Positions 1 through 9,982 of a stretch of 64,000 nt of DNA are shown here, one piece after another. Origin of the DNA: Trueperaceae bacterium. Its GTDB lineage: Bacteria; Deinococcota; Deinococci; Deinococcales; Trueperaceae. Position numbers and translations under genes: made by a program. The number at the start of each line of letters is the position of its first letter. Positions within the stretch are counted from its first letter, which is position 1. The DNA lies in assembly GCA_034520945.1 (NCBI GenBank), contig JAXHNB010000005.1, positions 736,001 through 800,000 of the forward strand. The letters run 5' to 3'. Under the pieces are notes generated by a model, which ran no database searches, was not told the DNA's origin, and worked only from the letters and a program-made list of their open reading frames with translations.

Positions 1-1
1 C

Positions 2-2008
2 CCGCTGAAGCTGGTCACCGACGACGAGGGGCAGGCGCGCGTCGTCAAGGTCCAGGCCTTCGGGCGCGAGCTGGCCATCCGGGCCTGGCGGGCCGACGTG
101 GGGCGCGTGCCCGTCTACCTGTTGGACGTGGACCTGCCGGCCAACGCGCCCCAGGATCGCGCGTTGGCGCGCCGCCTGTACGGCGGCGACCAGCGGACGC
201 GCATCGCGCAGGAGATCGTGCTCGGCATCGGCGGGGTGCGGATGTTGCGCGCCATCGGGATCGCCCCCACCAGTTGGCACATGAACGAGGGGCACAGCGC
301 CTTCATGGCGTTGGAGCGCTGCCGCGAGTTGGTGGCGCAGGGGCACGGCTTCGCGGCGGCTCGGGAGGCGGTGGCGGCCGGGACGGCGTTCACCGTGCAC
401 ACGCCGGTCGCGGCGGGCAACGACGCGTTCCCCTTCGAACTGGTCGACGAGGCGTTCGGAGGGTGGTGGAACGCGCTCGGCGTTCGTCAGCACGACTTCC
501 ACGGGCTCGGCCACGCGGACCACGGCTGGGGCCCGGTGTTCAGCATGCCGGCCTTGGCGTTGCGCATGTCCACGGCGCGCAACGGCGTGGCGCGCCTTCA
601 CGGTCAGACCAGCCGGCGCATCTGGAACGACCTGTGGCCGGAGGTTCCGAGCGAGGAGGTGCCGATCTCGCACGTGACCAACGGCGTGCACGCCGCCACC
701 TGGCTGAGTTTCGAGGTGGATGCGCTGCTGGACGAGCTGCTGCCGGAGGGGTGGCGGGTGGACCTGTCCGACGCCGACATGTTCGCGCCGGTGCGCGAGG
801 TCGACCCCGTTCGCCTGTGGAAGGTGCGACGCACCCTCAAGGCCGGTTCGGTCCGCTTCCTGCGCCGGCGCGTGCTGCGCCAGCTGGAGCGGCAGGAGGC
901 CAGTCCCACCGCGAAGCACGGCAGCCGTGAACTGTTCGACCCGGAGGCGCTCACCATCGGCTTTGCCCGGAGGTTCGCCACCTACAAGCGGGCGACCCTC
1001 ATCTTTCACGACCTCGACCGGCTGGCGGGGATTCTGTCGGATCCGGACCGGCCGGTCCAACTGGTGTTCGCCGGCAAGGCGCACCCGGCCGACGGGGACG
1101 GCCAGGCGCTGATCCAACGCATCGACGAGCTTTCGCGCGATCCGCGCTTCGCCGGCCGGATCCTGTTCATCGAGGACTACGACATGGCGGTCGGGCGTGC
1201 GCTCACGCGCGGGGTGGACGTGTGGCTGAACACGCCGCGCCGTCCCCTGGAGGCGTCGGGGACGTCGGGACAGAAGGCGGCGATGAACGGCGTGCTGAAC
1301 CTGTCGGTGCTGGACGGGTGGTGGCCCGAGGGGTACGACGGCGAGAACGGGTGGGCGATCGGCAACGGCGCCGGCTTTGAAAACGCTTCGCGCGCCGACG
1401 AAGCGGACGCCGATGCGCTGTACGACCTGCTGGAGCGCGAGGTGGTGCCGCTGTACTACCACCGCGACGGCGACGGCGTGCCGCGCGCGTGGATGGCCCG
1501 CGCCGCCCAAGCGATCGGCACCGTGCTTCCCCAGTTCAACGCACAACGCATGGTCAAGGACTACGTGCGGCAGGCCTACGCCCCCACGTCGCAGGCGTCG
1601 GCGCGGATGGCGCAGGACGGGTACGCGCCCGCCACGGCGTTGGCCGCCTGGAAGAAGCACGTGCGGGAGCACTGGGGTGACGTGTTCTTCGACGCCGAAC
1701 CGGCCGAGGGCGGCGTACGGCGCGTCGGGGATCAGGTGGAGGTGACGGCGGTGCTGAACCCCAGGCAGCTGTCGGACGTCGAGCTTCGCGTCGAGGTCGT
1801 GTACGGACCCGAGTCGGGCAGTCTGTCGACCGGCCTGCGCCGCGTCTCGATGGAGGAGGTCGAGCGCTACGACGACGGCGGCGTCCTCTACCGCGCCCGC
1901 TTCCGCCCCGACTTCAGCGGGCGCGTGGTGTACGGCGTGCGGGTGCTGCCGGTCCACGAGGACCTGGCCAGCCCGTTCGACGCCGGCGCGATCCGCTGGG
2001 CCAGCTGA
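2..2008 (+). CDS. glgP: alpha-glucan (glycogen/starch) phosphorylase, 5'-truncated by window edge
   Basis: Frame is open from position 2. Motifs HMNEGH, TNGVH, FARRFATYKR and the PLP-lysine motif EASGTSGQKAAMNG. Confidence 0.95.
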   Translation, partial: PLKLVTDDEGQARVVKVQAFGRELAIRAWRADVGRVPVYLLDVDLPANAPQDRALARRLYGGDQRTRIAQEIVLGIGGVRMLRAIGIAPTSWHMNEGHSAFMALERCRELVAQGHGFAAAREAVAAGTAFTVHTPVAAGNDAFPFELVDEAFGGWWNALGVRQHDFHGLGHADHGWGPVFSMPALALRMSTARNGVARLHGQTSRRIWNDLWPEVPSEEVPISHVTNGVHAATWLSFEVDALLDELLPEGWRVDLSDADMFAPVREVDPVRLWKVRRTLKAGSVRFLRRRVLRQLERQEASPTAKHGSRELFDPEALTIGFARRFATYKRATLIFHDLDRLAGILSDPDRPVQLVFAGKAHPADGDGQALIQRIDELSRDPRFAGRILFIEDYDMAVGRALTRGVDVWLNTPRRPLEASGTSGQKAAMNGVLNLSVLDGWWPEGYDGENGWAIGNGAGFENASRADEADADALYDLLEREVVPLYYHRDGDGVPRAWMARAAQAIGTVLPQFNAQRMVKDYVRQAYAPTSQASARMAQDGYAPATALAAWKKHVREHWGDVFFDAEPAEGGVRRVGDQVEVTAVLNPRQLSDVELRVEVVYGPESGSLSTGLRRVSMEEVERYDDGGVLYRARFRPDFSGRVVYGVRVLPVHEDLASPFDAGAIRWAS

Positions 2009-2029
2009 GCCAGCTGAGCCAGCTGAGCC
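2000..2029 (+). repeat. 9-bp tandem repeat (GCCAGCTGA)x3 spanning the glgP stop codon
   Basis: gccagctga gccagctga gccagctga gcc read directly from the sequence. Confidence 0.95.
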
Positions 2030-2038
2030 CGCCGCGGT

Positions 2039-2743
2039 TCAGGCCGGCGGGGCGTCGGTGTAGACGCGAAGTTCGTCCAGGGCCCGGATCGACGTGGCGG
2101 GCAGGCGCTCCGGATCGCCCCCCGCCAGGGTGGCCTGCAACGCCGCACGCTTGCCGTCGCCCGCCACCAGGAACCACACCTGCCGCGACGCCGACAACGC
2201 CTCGGGCGTGAGCGACAGGCGGGGGGTCGGCGTCGAGGTGGGTCGCGTCGCCACGGCCAGGCCGGCCGCGCGGGTGCCGCCCGTGCCTGGAAACAGGCCG
2301 GCGGTGTGCGCGTCCTCGCCGAGGCCGAGCAGCGTGACGTCGAACCAGGGCCCCTCGCCGGGATCGCCCAGCGTGCGCCGAAGCTGCAGCGCGTAGGCGT
2401 CCGCCAGGTCCTGGGGGTCGGCGTCCGGCACGTACGGCCACGGCAGGATCTGGTCTTCCGGGATCGGCACGTGGTCCAGCAGCGCGTCGCGGGCCGCCCG
2501 TTCGTTGCGATCACCGTGGCCCGGGGGCACCATGCGCTCGTCCCCCCAGGCGATCCACATGCGCCCCCACGGCAGGTCACGGTGGTCCCGCAGCGCCCGG
2601 TAGATCGGGGTCGGGGTGCCGCCGCCGGACAGGCAGAGCACCGTTCGTCCGCGCGCCGCGTCGGCGTCGCGGATGGCCTGGAGCAGGTCTTGGGTCGCGG
2701 CGCGCGCGACGTCGGGTACGGGGCGGAGGTCGCTCGGTCGCAT
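2039..2743 (-). CDS. pgl: 6-phosphogluconolactonase
   Basis: LSGGGTP, WGDERMVP and LLGLGEDAHTAGLFP motifs. Confidence 0.93.
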   Translation of the reverse strand: MRPSDLRPVPDVARAATQDLLQAIRDADAARGRTVLCLSGGGTPTPIYRALRDHRDLPWGRMWIAWGDERMVPPGHGDRNERAARDALLDHVPIPEDQILPWPYVPDADPQDLADAYALQLRRTLGDPGEGPWFDVTLLGLGEDAHTAGLFPGTGGTRAAGLAVATRPTSTPTPRLSLTPEALSASRQVWFLVAGDGKRAALQATLAGGDPERLPATSIRALDELRVYTDAPPA

Positions 2744-2790
2744 AACTGCAGCGTACCTGGAGGCGCCCAGGGCACGTGGTAGCCTCCGTC

Positions 2791-3378
2791 ATGACCCCGA
2801 CAGCTCCCATGCGCGACCGTGCCTATGCGCTCATGACCGAGTGGACGCGCAACGACGGCCTGCGCCGGCACATGCTGGCGGTCGAGGCGGCCGTCGACGC
2901 CTACGCCTTGGAGGAGGGTGCCGACCGGGACCTTTGGGCCGCCACGGCGTTGTTGCACGACTTCGACTACGAAGCCTACCCGGACCCGAGCGAAGAGGGA
3001 CACCCCTTCGTCGGCGTGCGGCACCTACGGGCCGAAGGTTGGCCCGAGGAGGTGTGCGAAGCGATCCTGGGTCACGCCGACTACACCGGCGTTTCGCGCG
3101 CAAGCCGCTTGGCGAAGGTGTTGTACGCCTGTGACGAAGTGACCGGCCTGATCACGGCGGCGGTGCTGGTCCGGCCGGACAAGGACGTCCGCGAGCAGAC
3201 CCCCAAGAGCCTGAAGAAGAAGTTCAAGGACAAGGCGTTCGCCCGGGGCGTGAACCGTGACGACGTGCGGCGCGGCGCGGAGGAGCTCGGCGTCGACCTG
3301 TGGACGCACGTCACGTTCGTGCTGAGCGCCATGCAGGGGCGGGCCGAGGCGCTGGGCTTGGACGGCTCGCAGGCCTGA
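2791..3378 (+). CDS. HD-domain phosphohydrolase (HDIG-like)
   Basis: LRRHMLAV, LLHDFDYE, ILGHA, LKKKFKDKAFARGVNR. Start put at ATG 2791, just after TAGCCT (-10-like). Confidence 0.85.
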   Translation: MTPTAPMRDRAYALMTEWTRNDGLRRHMLAVEAAVDAYALEEGADRDLWAATALLHDFDYEAYPDPSEEGHPFVGVRHLRAEGWPEEVCEAILGHADYTGVSRASRLAKVLYACDEVTGLITAAVLVRPDKDVREQTPKSLKKKFKDKAFARGVNRDDVRRGAEELGVDLWTHVTFVLSAMQGRAEALGLDGSQA

Positions 3379-3423
3379 CGCCGCCGGCCGGGCTGGGCGA
3401 GGGCGCCGCCGCACCGCGGGCGG

Positions 3424-4383
3424 TCAGTCGCTCGTGCCGGCGTTCGTCGCCGGCTCGGGCGGCGGGATCTCCTCGAAGGCGGGGGGCGGGACCAGCCGGC
3501 GCCAGTTCCAGGCGCCGTCCCGGCGGGGCGGCCAGATGACGGCGGTGGCGCGTCCCGCGACGGTGATGCCGTCGACGGTGCCGAAGTAGCGCGAGTCCTC
3601 GCTGCCGCCCGCGGACGACTGCCGGTTGTCGCCCATCACCCAGTAGTCGCCCTCCGGCACGATCAGTTCGTGCACGAACGGCTCCCCCTCGGGCGCGTTC
3701 TCCGGGAACGGCGCCAGCGCATCCAACATCTCGCCGTAGTACAGCTCCACGCGAGGATCGCTGGCCGGCACGGGCGGCGGGTACGACCCGTCGTTCGGCA
3801 GCTGCGGCACCGCCGTGCCGCCGAGCGTGGTCGCGAAGCGGACGTGGAGCCCGTTCAGCTGGCTGTCGCGAAGGCTGATCACGGGGAAATCGATGGGGTC
3901 GGGCGTGATCTCGCCGCTCTCGGTGAGGTAGCGCTGATCGATCGCCACCCCGTTCACGAACACCCGCCCGTCGTCGATGCGCAAGCGGTCGCCGCCGCGG
4001 GCGATCACCCGCTTGATGAAGAACGGGCGCCGGTCCCGCTCCTGCGCGGTCGGGGCGTTGGCCGGTTCGCGTACCACCACGATTTCGCCGCGGCGGTAGG
4101 GGCCGAGGAGGCCGGCGCGCCGAAGCCAGGTGTCGTACTTGGGGATGAACACGCGGTCGCCCGTCAACAGGCTGCGGAGGACGTTGCTGCCGCCGACGCC
4201 GCCGTCCAGGTTGGGGCGCATGGAGCTGCCCACCACACCGACGGTATTGAACACGAAGGTGACCACCAGGTAGGCGATCGCCAGCGCTTCTGCGTAGCCG
4301 CGGACCTCGGTCCAGAAGCGCTGGGCGAAGGTCTTGCGGCCCGTGTTTTTGCCGGCGGGGCGAGCGGAACGCTTGTCGGACAT
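3424..4383 (-). CDS. lepB: signal peptidase I
   Basis: GSSMRPNL (catalytic Ser), FIKRVIA (catalytic Lys), YWVMGDNR...DSRYFG, single N-terminal TM segment. Confidence 0.93.
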   Translation of the reverse strand: MSDKRSARPAGKNTGRKTFAQRFWTEVRGYAEALAIAYLVVTFVFNTVGVVGSSMRPNLDGGVGGSNVLRSLLTGDRVFIPKYDTWLRRAGLLGPYRRGEIVVVREPANAPTAQERDRRPFFIKRVIARGGDRLRIDDGRVFVNGVAIDQRYLTESGEITPDPIDFPVISLRDSQLNGLHVRFATTLGGTAVPQLPNDGSYPPPVPASDPRVELYYGEMLDALAPFPENAPEGEPFVHELIVPEGDYWVMGDNRQSSAGGSEDSRYFGTVDGITVAGRATAVIWPPRRDGAWNWRRLVPPPAFEEIPPPEPATNAGTSD

Positions 4384-4399
4384 GCCGGCGAGTGTACCC

Positions 4400-5299
4400 C
4401 TAGCCGCGGTCGCTGGACGCTGTCGCCTCGCGCGCCGGCGCGTCCCACGTCGGGGGCAGCGCGTCGGGCCGGTCCCGAGCGATCGCGTCGAGGGAACGTT
4501 CGGCCACCTCGCGCCCGGTGCTCACGATGCTGCGAAAGGCACGGAACGACTCCACGCGGTATTGCGGCATGTCCAGGACGATGCGCACGTTGGCGGGGTG
4601 GAGGGCGTACTGCAACTCGGTCAGCATCGCCTGCATCACATCGGTCGAGCGCAGCATCATGCCGAGCATGGGGTTGCGTCGCTCCAGGCGCAGGGTCTTG
4701 GCCATTCGTTGCCACCAGCTCTCGGCGGCGTCCTCGTCGGACGGCAGCACCGAGCGGCGCGGCGAGGTCGTGTCGGAGGCGATGATGAAGTCGCAATCCA
4801 GAAGCGAGACCGCCTGCACCGGAAGATTGTTGACGATGCCGCCGTCGGCGAGCGTGCGGCCGTGCAGTTCGACGGGTTCGAACGCGCCGGGAAAGCTGGC
4901 CGACGCGCGGACGGCGCGGACGAGGTCGCCCTCCAGGAGCACATGCTCGTCACCGCTCTCGATGTCGGTGGTGGTCACGGCGAAGGGCTTGCGAAGCTGT
5001 TCGAAGCGTGCGGGAAGATGCTCGGCGAGGTACGTCTGCAGCTTCTCGCCCTTCATCAGGCCGGTCTGCAGGCTGAAGTCCAGCACGTCGCGCATGCTGA
5101 CGTCATCGGCCAGCTCATAGACTTCGTCCGCCGTCATGCCGTTGGCGTACAGCGCCCCCAGGATCGCCCCCATCGAGGTGCCGGCGATGACGTCGACGCG
5201 CATGTCGCGCGCCTCGAGCGCCTGCAACACCCCGATGTGGGCGAAGCCTCGGGCGGCACCCCCGGATAGAACCAGTCCCACGCGTGGGTGACGTGTCAT
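4400..5299 (-). CDS. patatin-like phospholipase (RssA/NTE family)
   Basis: LSGGAARGFAHIG, GTSMG nucleophile elbow, DGG motif. Confidence 0.92.
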   Translation of the reverse strand: MTRHPRVGLVLSGGAARGFAHIGVLQALEARDMRVDVIAGTSMGAILGALYANGMTADEVYELADDVSMRDVLDFSLQTGLMKGEKLQTYLAEHLPARFEQLRKPFAVTTTDIESGDEHVLLEGDLVRAVRASASFPGAFEPVELHGRTLADGGIVNNLPVQAVSLLDCDFIIASDTTSPRRSVLPSDEDAAESWWQRMAKTLRLERRNPMLGMMLRSTDVMQAMLTELQYALHPANVRIVLDMPQYRVESFRAFRSIVSTGREVAERSLDAIARDRPDALPPTWDAPAREATASSDRG

Positions 5300-5345
5300 G
5301 CCGGCACGCTAGCACGCGCTACGCCGGCGAGCGGAATCGTTCCGC

Positions 5346-5384
5346 ACGCGTCGGGCCGGGGCGTGCAGCCCCGGCCCGACGCGT
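5346..5384 (-). terminator. 17-bp perfect hairpin downstream of htrA, probable terminator without U-tract
   Basis: acgcgtcgggccggggc-gtgca-gccccggcccgacgcgt. Confidence 0.6.
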
Positions 5385-5405
5385 TGTGCGGGCGATGGTT
5401 CCAGA

Positions 5406-6689
5406 TCATTCCTCCTCGGTCTCGGTGGGCACCACCGCCAGCTCGACGTCGATCTCGAGCGTCTCGTCGCCGCGCAGTACGCTCAGCGTGACCACGTCCC
5501 CTTCGGAGCGGGCGAACACGTGGCGTTGCAGCTGGTCGGCGCTGGTGATGGGGTCGCCGTCGGCGGCGGTGATCACGTCGCCCGGGACCGGCACCGTCTG
5601 GCCGCCGATTTGCACCGCGAACTCGCTGCCACGGAGGCCGGCCTCCTCAGCGGCGCTGCCCGGCTGGACCTGAAGCACGCCGACGCCCTCGTCGGGAATG
5701 CCGAGCCGCTCGCGAATCGCGTCGGGGTAGGCGCTCACGTCGCGGATCTGGATGCCCAGCCTGGGCCGCGTGTCGATGCTGGTGAAGCCGCCGTCGCGCA
5801 GGTCGTCCAGCACGCTGGACAGCGTCGAGCTCGGGACGGCGAAGCCGATGCCGAGCGAGCCGCGCTGCCCCCCGGCGCCCAAGCTGGGGATGATGGCGGT
5901 GTTCACGCCGATCAGGTCGCCGCTGGAGTCCAGCAGCGGCCCGCCGGAGTTGCCGGGGTTGATGGCGGCGTCGGTCTGGACCAGGGGGACGTTCACCTCG
6001 CCGACGCCGGGCAGGGAGCGGCCGATGCCGGAGACGATGCCGGTGGTGACCGTCGACTCGAAGCCGAAGGGGTTGCCGATCGCGATGGCCTTCTGGCCGA
6101 CCATGGGCGCTTCGCCGTTCCCCAGCTCGATCGGCCGCAACGTCTCCGGCAGCGCGGAGGGGTCTTCCAGCTGCAACAGGGCGAGGTCGTACAGGGCGTT
6201 GGCGCCCTGCACGGTCGCCGGGTGCGTGCTCCCGTCGGGGAAGCTCACGGTGAGTTCGGCGCCCTCGCGCAGGTCGACCGAGCCGTCCTGCAGCGCCTGG
6301 GCGACCACGTGGTAGTTGGTCACGACCCCGCCGTCGGCGTCGACGACGAATCCGCTGCCGGAGCCGCGCCGGGGTGCCTGGCGTTCCTCGAACTCGGGCA
6401 TGAACTCGCGGAAGAAGGGCGGGATCTGGTCCTCGGGGATGTCCTCGAACGGGCTGGTGATGCGGCCTTCGACCGAGACGTTGACCGCCACCACGGCGGG
6501 CCCGTAGGTGTCGACGATGTCGACGGTGTTGCGTTCGTCTGGCAGCAGCGCGTCCGCGGGACGTGTGGCGTCCTGGCTCTCGGACTGGGCGCCGACCGGG
6601 CCGATCGGCACCAGCAACACCAGGGCGGCGACGCTCAGAAGCGCGGCGAGGGCGTAGGTGGCGCGACGGAAGGTGTGATGCAAGGGCAT
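5406..6689 (-). CDS. htrA: HtrA/DegP-family serine protease with PDZ domain
   Basis: GSGSGF, TNYHV, DLALL, TDAAINPGNSGGPL and a C-terminal PDZ. ATG 6689 follows a GAGGAGG SD. Confidence 0.92.
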   Translation of the reverse strand: MPLHHTFRRATYALAALLSVAALVLLVPIGPVGAQSESQDATRPADALLPDERNTVDIVDTYGPAVVAVNVSVEGRITSPFEDIPEDQIPPFFREFMPEFEERQAPRRGSGSGFVVDADGGVVTNYHVVAQALQDGSVDLREGAELTVSFPDGSTHPATVQGANALYDLALLQLEDPSALPETLRPIELGNGEAPMVGQKAIAIGNPFGFESTVTTGIVSGIGRSLPGVGEVNVPLVQTDAAINPGNSGGPLLDSSGDLIGVNTAIIPSLGAGGQRGSLGIGFAVPSSTLSSVLDDLRDGGFTSIDTRPRLGIQIRDVSAYPDAIRERLGIPDEGVGVLQVQPGSAAEEAGLRGSEFAVQIGGQTVPVPGDVITAADGDPITSADQLQRHVFARSEGDVVTLSVLRGDETLEIDVELAVVPTETEEE

Positions 6690-6818
6690 TGGATCCTCCT
6701 CGTTCCTGGCGGGCAAAGGCCCGCCGAAGATTCTTGCCTACAGGATAGGACGAAGACCTGAGTGTCTAGTCGTGTGGGAATGAACCGTATGAGCGTGCGG
6801 GCCGAGGCTTGGACCGGC

Positions 6819-7739
6819 CTACGCTTCGCGGGCGCGGTCCCCCTCGGGCGGAGAGGCATGCTCGCGCGAGGCGCGCTGCAGGCCCCACACCAGCGCGCCC
6901 GCCGCGCCCGCCAGCAGCAGGGCCCCGAGCAGCTCGGCGACCCCCGGCGGGGTAGCGGCGACCGTGCGGCCGTCCGCGTCCACCTGCCACGGCCACACCT
7001 TGCGGAGCGCCCCCAGCAGCACGCCGATCAGCACCCCCATGGTGACGTCGTGGTGGCGGCGCAACAGAACCGCCAGCACCCGCGAGAACGCCAGCAGCCC
7101 CACCGCCATGCCAGCGGCCAGCGGCGCCAGCACGGCGAGGTCGGCGCGCGACAGCGCGTCCAGCACCAGTTCGTACTTGCCCAGCAGCACCAGCACGAAC
7201 GCCCCCGACACCCCCGGCAGCAGCAGCGCGCTGACCGCCAGCAGCCCCGAAGCCGCCAGCACCCAGGGTGCGTCCGGCGTCACCGCCGTCGGCAGGCCGA
7301 CCAGCACGAAGGTGGCGGGGGCCGCCACCGCCGCCCCCAGCAGGGGCCGGGCACGGTCGCCCCGGATCCGCATCAGCACCGACACCGCCGACGCGGCGAT
7401 CAGGCCGAAGAAGAACGCGTACACCGCTGCGCGGTACGACGCCAGCAACGCGCCGAGCAGGGGGGCCAGCGTCACGATGGCCACCGCGATCCCGAGCGCG
7501 AGCGTCGCCAGGAACCTCCCGTCGACCGCCCGCCAGGCGTCCCCCCACCGCCCTGCCCGTACCGCCCGCCACAGCGCCTTCCGAGTGAACGCGCCGAGGC
7601 TGGCGATCAATCGGTCGTACACGCCCAGGACCAGCGCCATCGTCCCGCCGGACACGCCCGGCACGAGGTCGGACGCGCCCATCGCCACGCCGCACGCCGC
7701 GGTGTAGACGAAGCCCCGCCTTGCAGGTTCGGCGTTCAC
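6819..7739 (-). CDS. DUF368 membrane protein (undecaprenyl-phosphate translocase family)
   Basis: GASDLVPGVSGGT and LLPGVSG repeats with multiple TM helices. GTG 7739 preceded by TACCTT. Confidence 0.88.
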   Translation of the reverse strand: MNAEPARRGFVYTAACGVAMGASDLVPGVSGGTMALVLGVYDRLIASLGAFTRKALWRAVRAGRWGDAWRAVDGRFLATLALGIAVAIVTLAPLLGALLASYRAAVYAFFFGLIAASAVSVLMRIRGDRARPLLGAAVAAPATFVLVGLPTAVTPDAPWVLAASGLLAVSALLLPGVSGAFVLVLLGKYELVLDALSRADLAVLAPLAAGMAVGLLAFSRVLAVLLRRHHDVTMGVLIGVLLGALRKVWPWQVDADGRTVAATPPGVAELLGALLLAGAAGALVWGLQRASREHASPPEGDRAREA

Positions 7740-7819
7740 GCCCGCGAAGGTAGCACGTCCCGTGCCCGTGGCTCGCGTCTGCGCCGCCCGCGTACGGTAG
7801 GCTGCGGGCGGGGAGGCCC

Positions 7820-8098
7820 ATGGACGAATTCCACGACACGGACCGGGACGAGCGGGCGGCGCAGGTGGACGGCGCCGGCGTGGACGGGGCCGCGCTGGAC
7901 GCGTTGGCGGGGCAACTGGTGTGGCGCATCGGCCGGGTGTCGGACGAGGGGCCCGTGACCGTGCGCGTCGGCCTGGCGCGCAGCACCCCCGCGTTCGCCG
8001 ACCTGCCACGCCTCCGCAGCGCCAGCGAGGGCGAGCTCGAAGAGGCGCTGGCGCAGGGGCGTGTCCGCGTCGAGTGGGTCGGCGGGCGGGGTCGCTGA
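7820..8098 (+). CDS. DUF3248-like small protein (Deinococcota)
   Basis: LVWRIGR...VRVGLA...FADLPRL...VRVEWV; GGGAGG SD. Confidence 0.75.
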   Translation: MDEFHDTDRDERAAQVDGAGVDGAALDALAGQLVWRIGRVSDEGPVTVRVGLARSTPAFADLPRLRSASEGELEEALAQGRVRVEWVGGRGR

Positions 8099-8100
8099 GG

Positions 8101-8601
8101 ATGATCTCGACGCACGCCGTCTCCTTCGATCTGCCGGTCGCACTGAGCAGGACCGAATCGGTCGCGTTCGTGCGCGACGTAGAGCACAGCCTGGCGTACG
8201 CCGACTTCCTGTCCGACCTGCACGTGGGCCCGGGCGGCGTGGTGCGGGCCGAGTTGCCCGTCAACGCCTCGCTGTTCGGGCAGCGCCGCCTCCGCTTCGA
8301 GAGCCGCCTGGAACCCACAGTGCACGGCGCGCGCCTGGTGGGGCTGCCGCTGGACGAGCGGCCCGGCTGGGCCCGCGTGTCGGGCGAGGCCGAGGTGATG
8401 CCGCACCCGGACGGCAGCCTGTTGCGGTATCGCTTCGAGATCGAGATCCATCTGGCCGTCCCGGAACCCGAGCGGTGGGGGGGACGCGCCCTGGTGAAGA
8501 TGATCCGATTGACGGCCGAACAGGTGCTCGCCCGCGTCAGCGCGCGCTTCCCCGGCGCCGTGCAGCGCGCCGCCCGGGCCCGCGAGGCCACCTTCGTCTG
8601 A
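8101..8601 (+). CDS. DUF3809-like protein (Deinococcota)
   Basis: ATG 2 nt after the DUF3248 stop; LFGQRRLRFESRL and ERWGGRALVKM. Confidence 0.7.
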   Translation: MISTHAVSFDLPVALSRTESVAFVRDVEHSLAYADFLSDLHVGPGGVVRAELPVNASLFGQRRLRFESRLEPTVHGARLVGLPLDERPGWARVSGEAEVMPHPDGSLLRYRFEIEIHLAVPEPERWGGRALVKMIRLTAEQVLARVSARFPGAVQRAARAREATFV

Positions 8602-8634
8602 CCCGGGCGTGCCTCTCCCGTTCGGCGCAGGGCG

Positions 8635-9981
8635 CTACTTGCCGACGCAGAAGTTCTCGAACACGTGCGCCAGGGTGTCCTCCGCGATCTCGCCGCGCCC
8701 GGTGAGGCCCGCCAACACCTCCAGCGCTTCCTGAAGGTCCAGCGCCATCAGGTCGTCCGGCGCGTCCGCCGCGCGGGCCAGCAGCGCTTCGGTCCGGCGC
8801 AGCGCATCCGCGTGCCGCTCGTTCGAGATCCACAACTCGGTGCCGGCCGCGTCGCCCAGCAGGGCGTCCCGGATACGCCCCCGCAGGACGTCCAGACCGT
8901 CGCCCCGCGTGGCGCTGATCGGGATCGTCCGCGGGTGGGCCTCCTCGGGCGACCAGGCGGCCGGCAGATCGGCCTTGCTGGCGATCACCAGCGTGCGCGC
9001 CTGGCCCAGCCGGTCGAGCAGGGCACGATCGGCCGGCTCCAACGGTTGGGAGAGATCCAGCAGGCACAACACCAGGTCGGCGCTCTCGGCCAACGTCAGG
9101 GCCCGCTGCACCCCCGAGGCCTCGATCTCATCACTGGCGTCGCGCACGCCTGCGGTGTCCACCGCCGTCAGGGGCACCCCCTCCAGCTCCAAGGGGGCTT
9201 CCAGGTAGTCGCGGGTGGTGCCCGGAGACGCCGACACGATGGAGCGTTCGAAGCCCAGCAGGGCGTTCAGCAGGCTGGACTTGCCCACGTTGGGACGCCC
9301 CACCAGTGCCAGCCGCGCGCCCCGCTCCGCCAGGCGGCCCGCCTCGGCGGTGGCCAGCAGTTCGGCGATGCGGCTCCGCACCTGCGCCAGCGCGGGCCTG
9401 GGATCGCGCAGCTCGACCCCCTCCTCCGGGTAGTCCAGCACCGCGGTGAGGTCGCCGTACGCCGCGGTGAGCCGATCCTGCAACGACGTCAGCTCGTCCG
9501 ACAGGCGCCGCGTCAGGCCGGCCGCGGCGGTGCGGCGCGCACGATCGGTCCGGGCGCGCACGACCGCCAGCACGCTCTCGGCCTGCACCAGGTCCATCTT
9601 GCCGTTCAGGTACGCCCGCAGCGTGAACTCGCCCGGGCCCGCCGCGCGCGCGCCGGCCCGCAGGCAGGCGTCCAACACCCGGCGGAGCACCGCGGCGCCC
9701 CCGTGGGTCTGCACCTCCACGGCGTCCTGGCCGGTGTAGCTGTGCGGCGCGCGGAAGGTCAGCAACAACCCCTGGTCGACGGTCTCGCCTTGGTCCTGGA
9801 CCCGGCCGAACGCCACACGGCGGGCGGGCAGGCGGCTGGGCCGTTCGCCCGAGGCGGGCACGAACACCGCGTCGGCCACGGCGTAGGCGTCGGGACCGCT
9901 GACGCGCACCACGCCGATGGCCCCTTCGCCGGGCGCCGTGGCGATGGCCGTGATGGTGTCGCCGGGCGGCGGGAGCGGCAC
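8635..9981 (-). CDS. mnmE: tRNA modification GTPase MnmE
   Basis: DTITAIATAPG, GRPNVGKSSL, GTTRD, DTAG and C-terminal FCVGK. Confidence 0.96.
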   Translation of the reverse strand: MPLPPPGDTITAIATAPGEGAIGVVRVSGPDAYAVADAVFVPASGERPSRLPARRVAFGRVQDQGETVDQGLLLTFRAPHSYTGQDAVEVQTHGGAAVLRRVLDACLRAGARAAGPGEFTLRAYLNGKMDLVQAESVLAVVRARTDRARRTAAAGLTRRLSDELTSLQDRLTAAYGDLTAVLDYPEEGVELRDPRPALAQVRSRIAELLATAEAGRLAERGARLALVGRPNVGKSSLLNALLGFERSIVSASPGTTRDYLEAPLELEGVPLTAVDTAGVRDASDEIEASGVQRALTLAESADLVLCLLDLSQPLEPADRALLDRLGQARTLVIASKADLPAAWSPEEAHPRTIPISATRGDGLDVLRGRIRDALLGDAAGTELWISNERHADALRRTEALLARAADAPDDLMALDLQEALEVLAGLTGRGEIAEDTLAHVFENFCVGK

Positions 9982-9982
9982 G

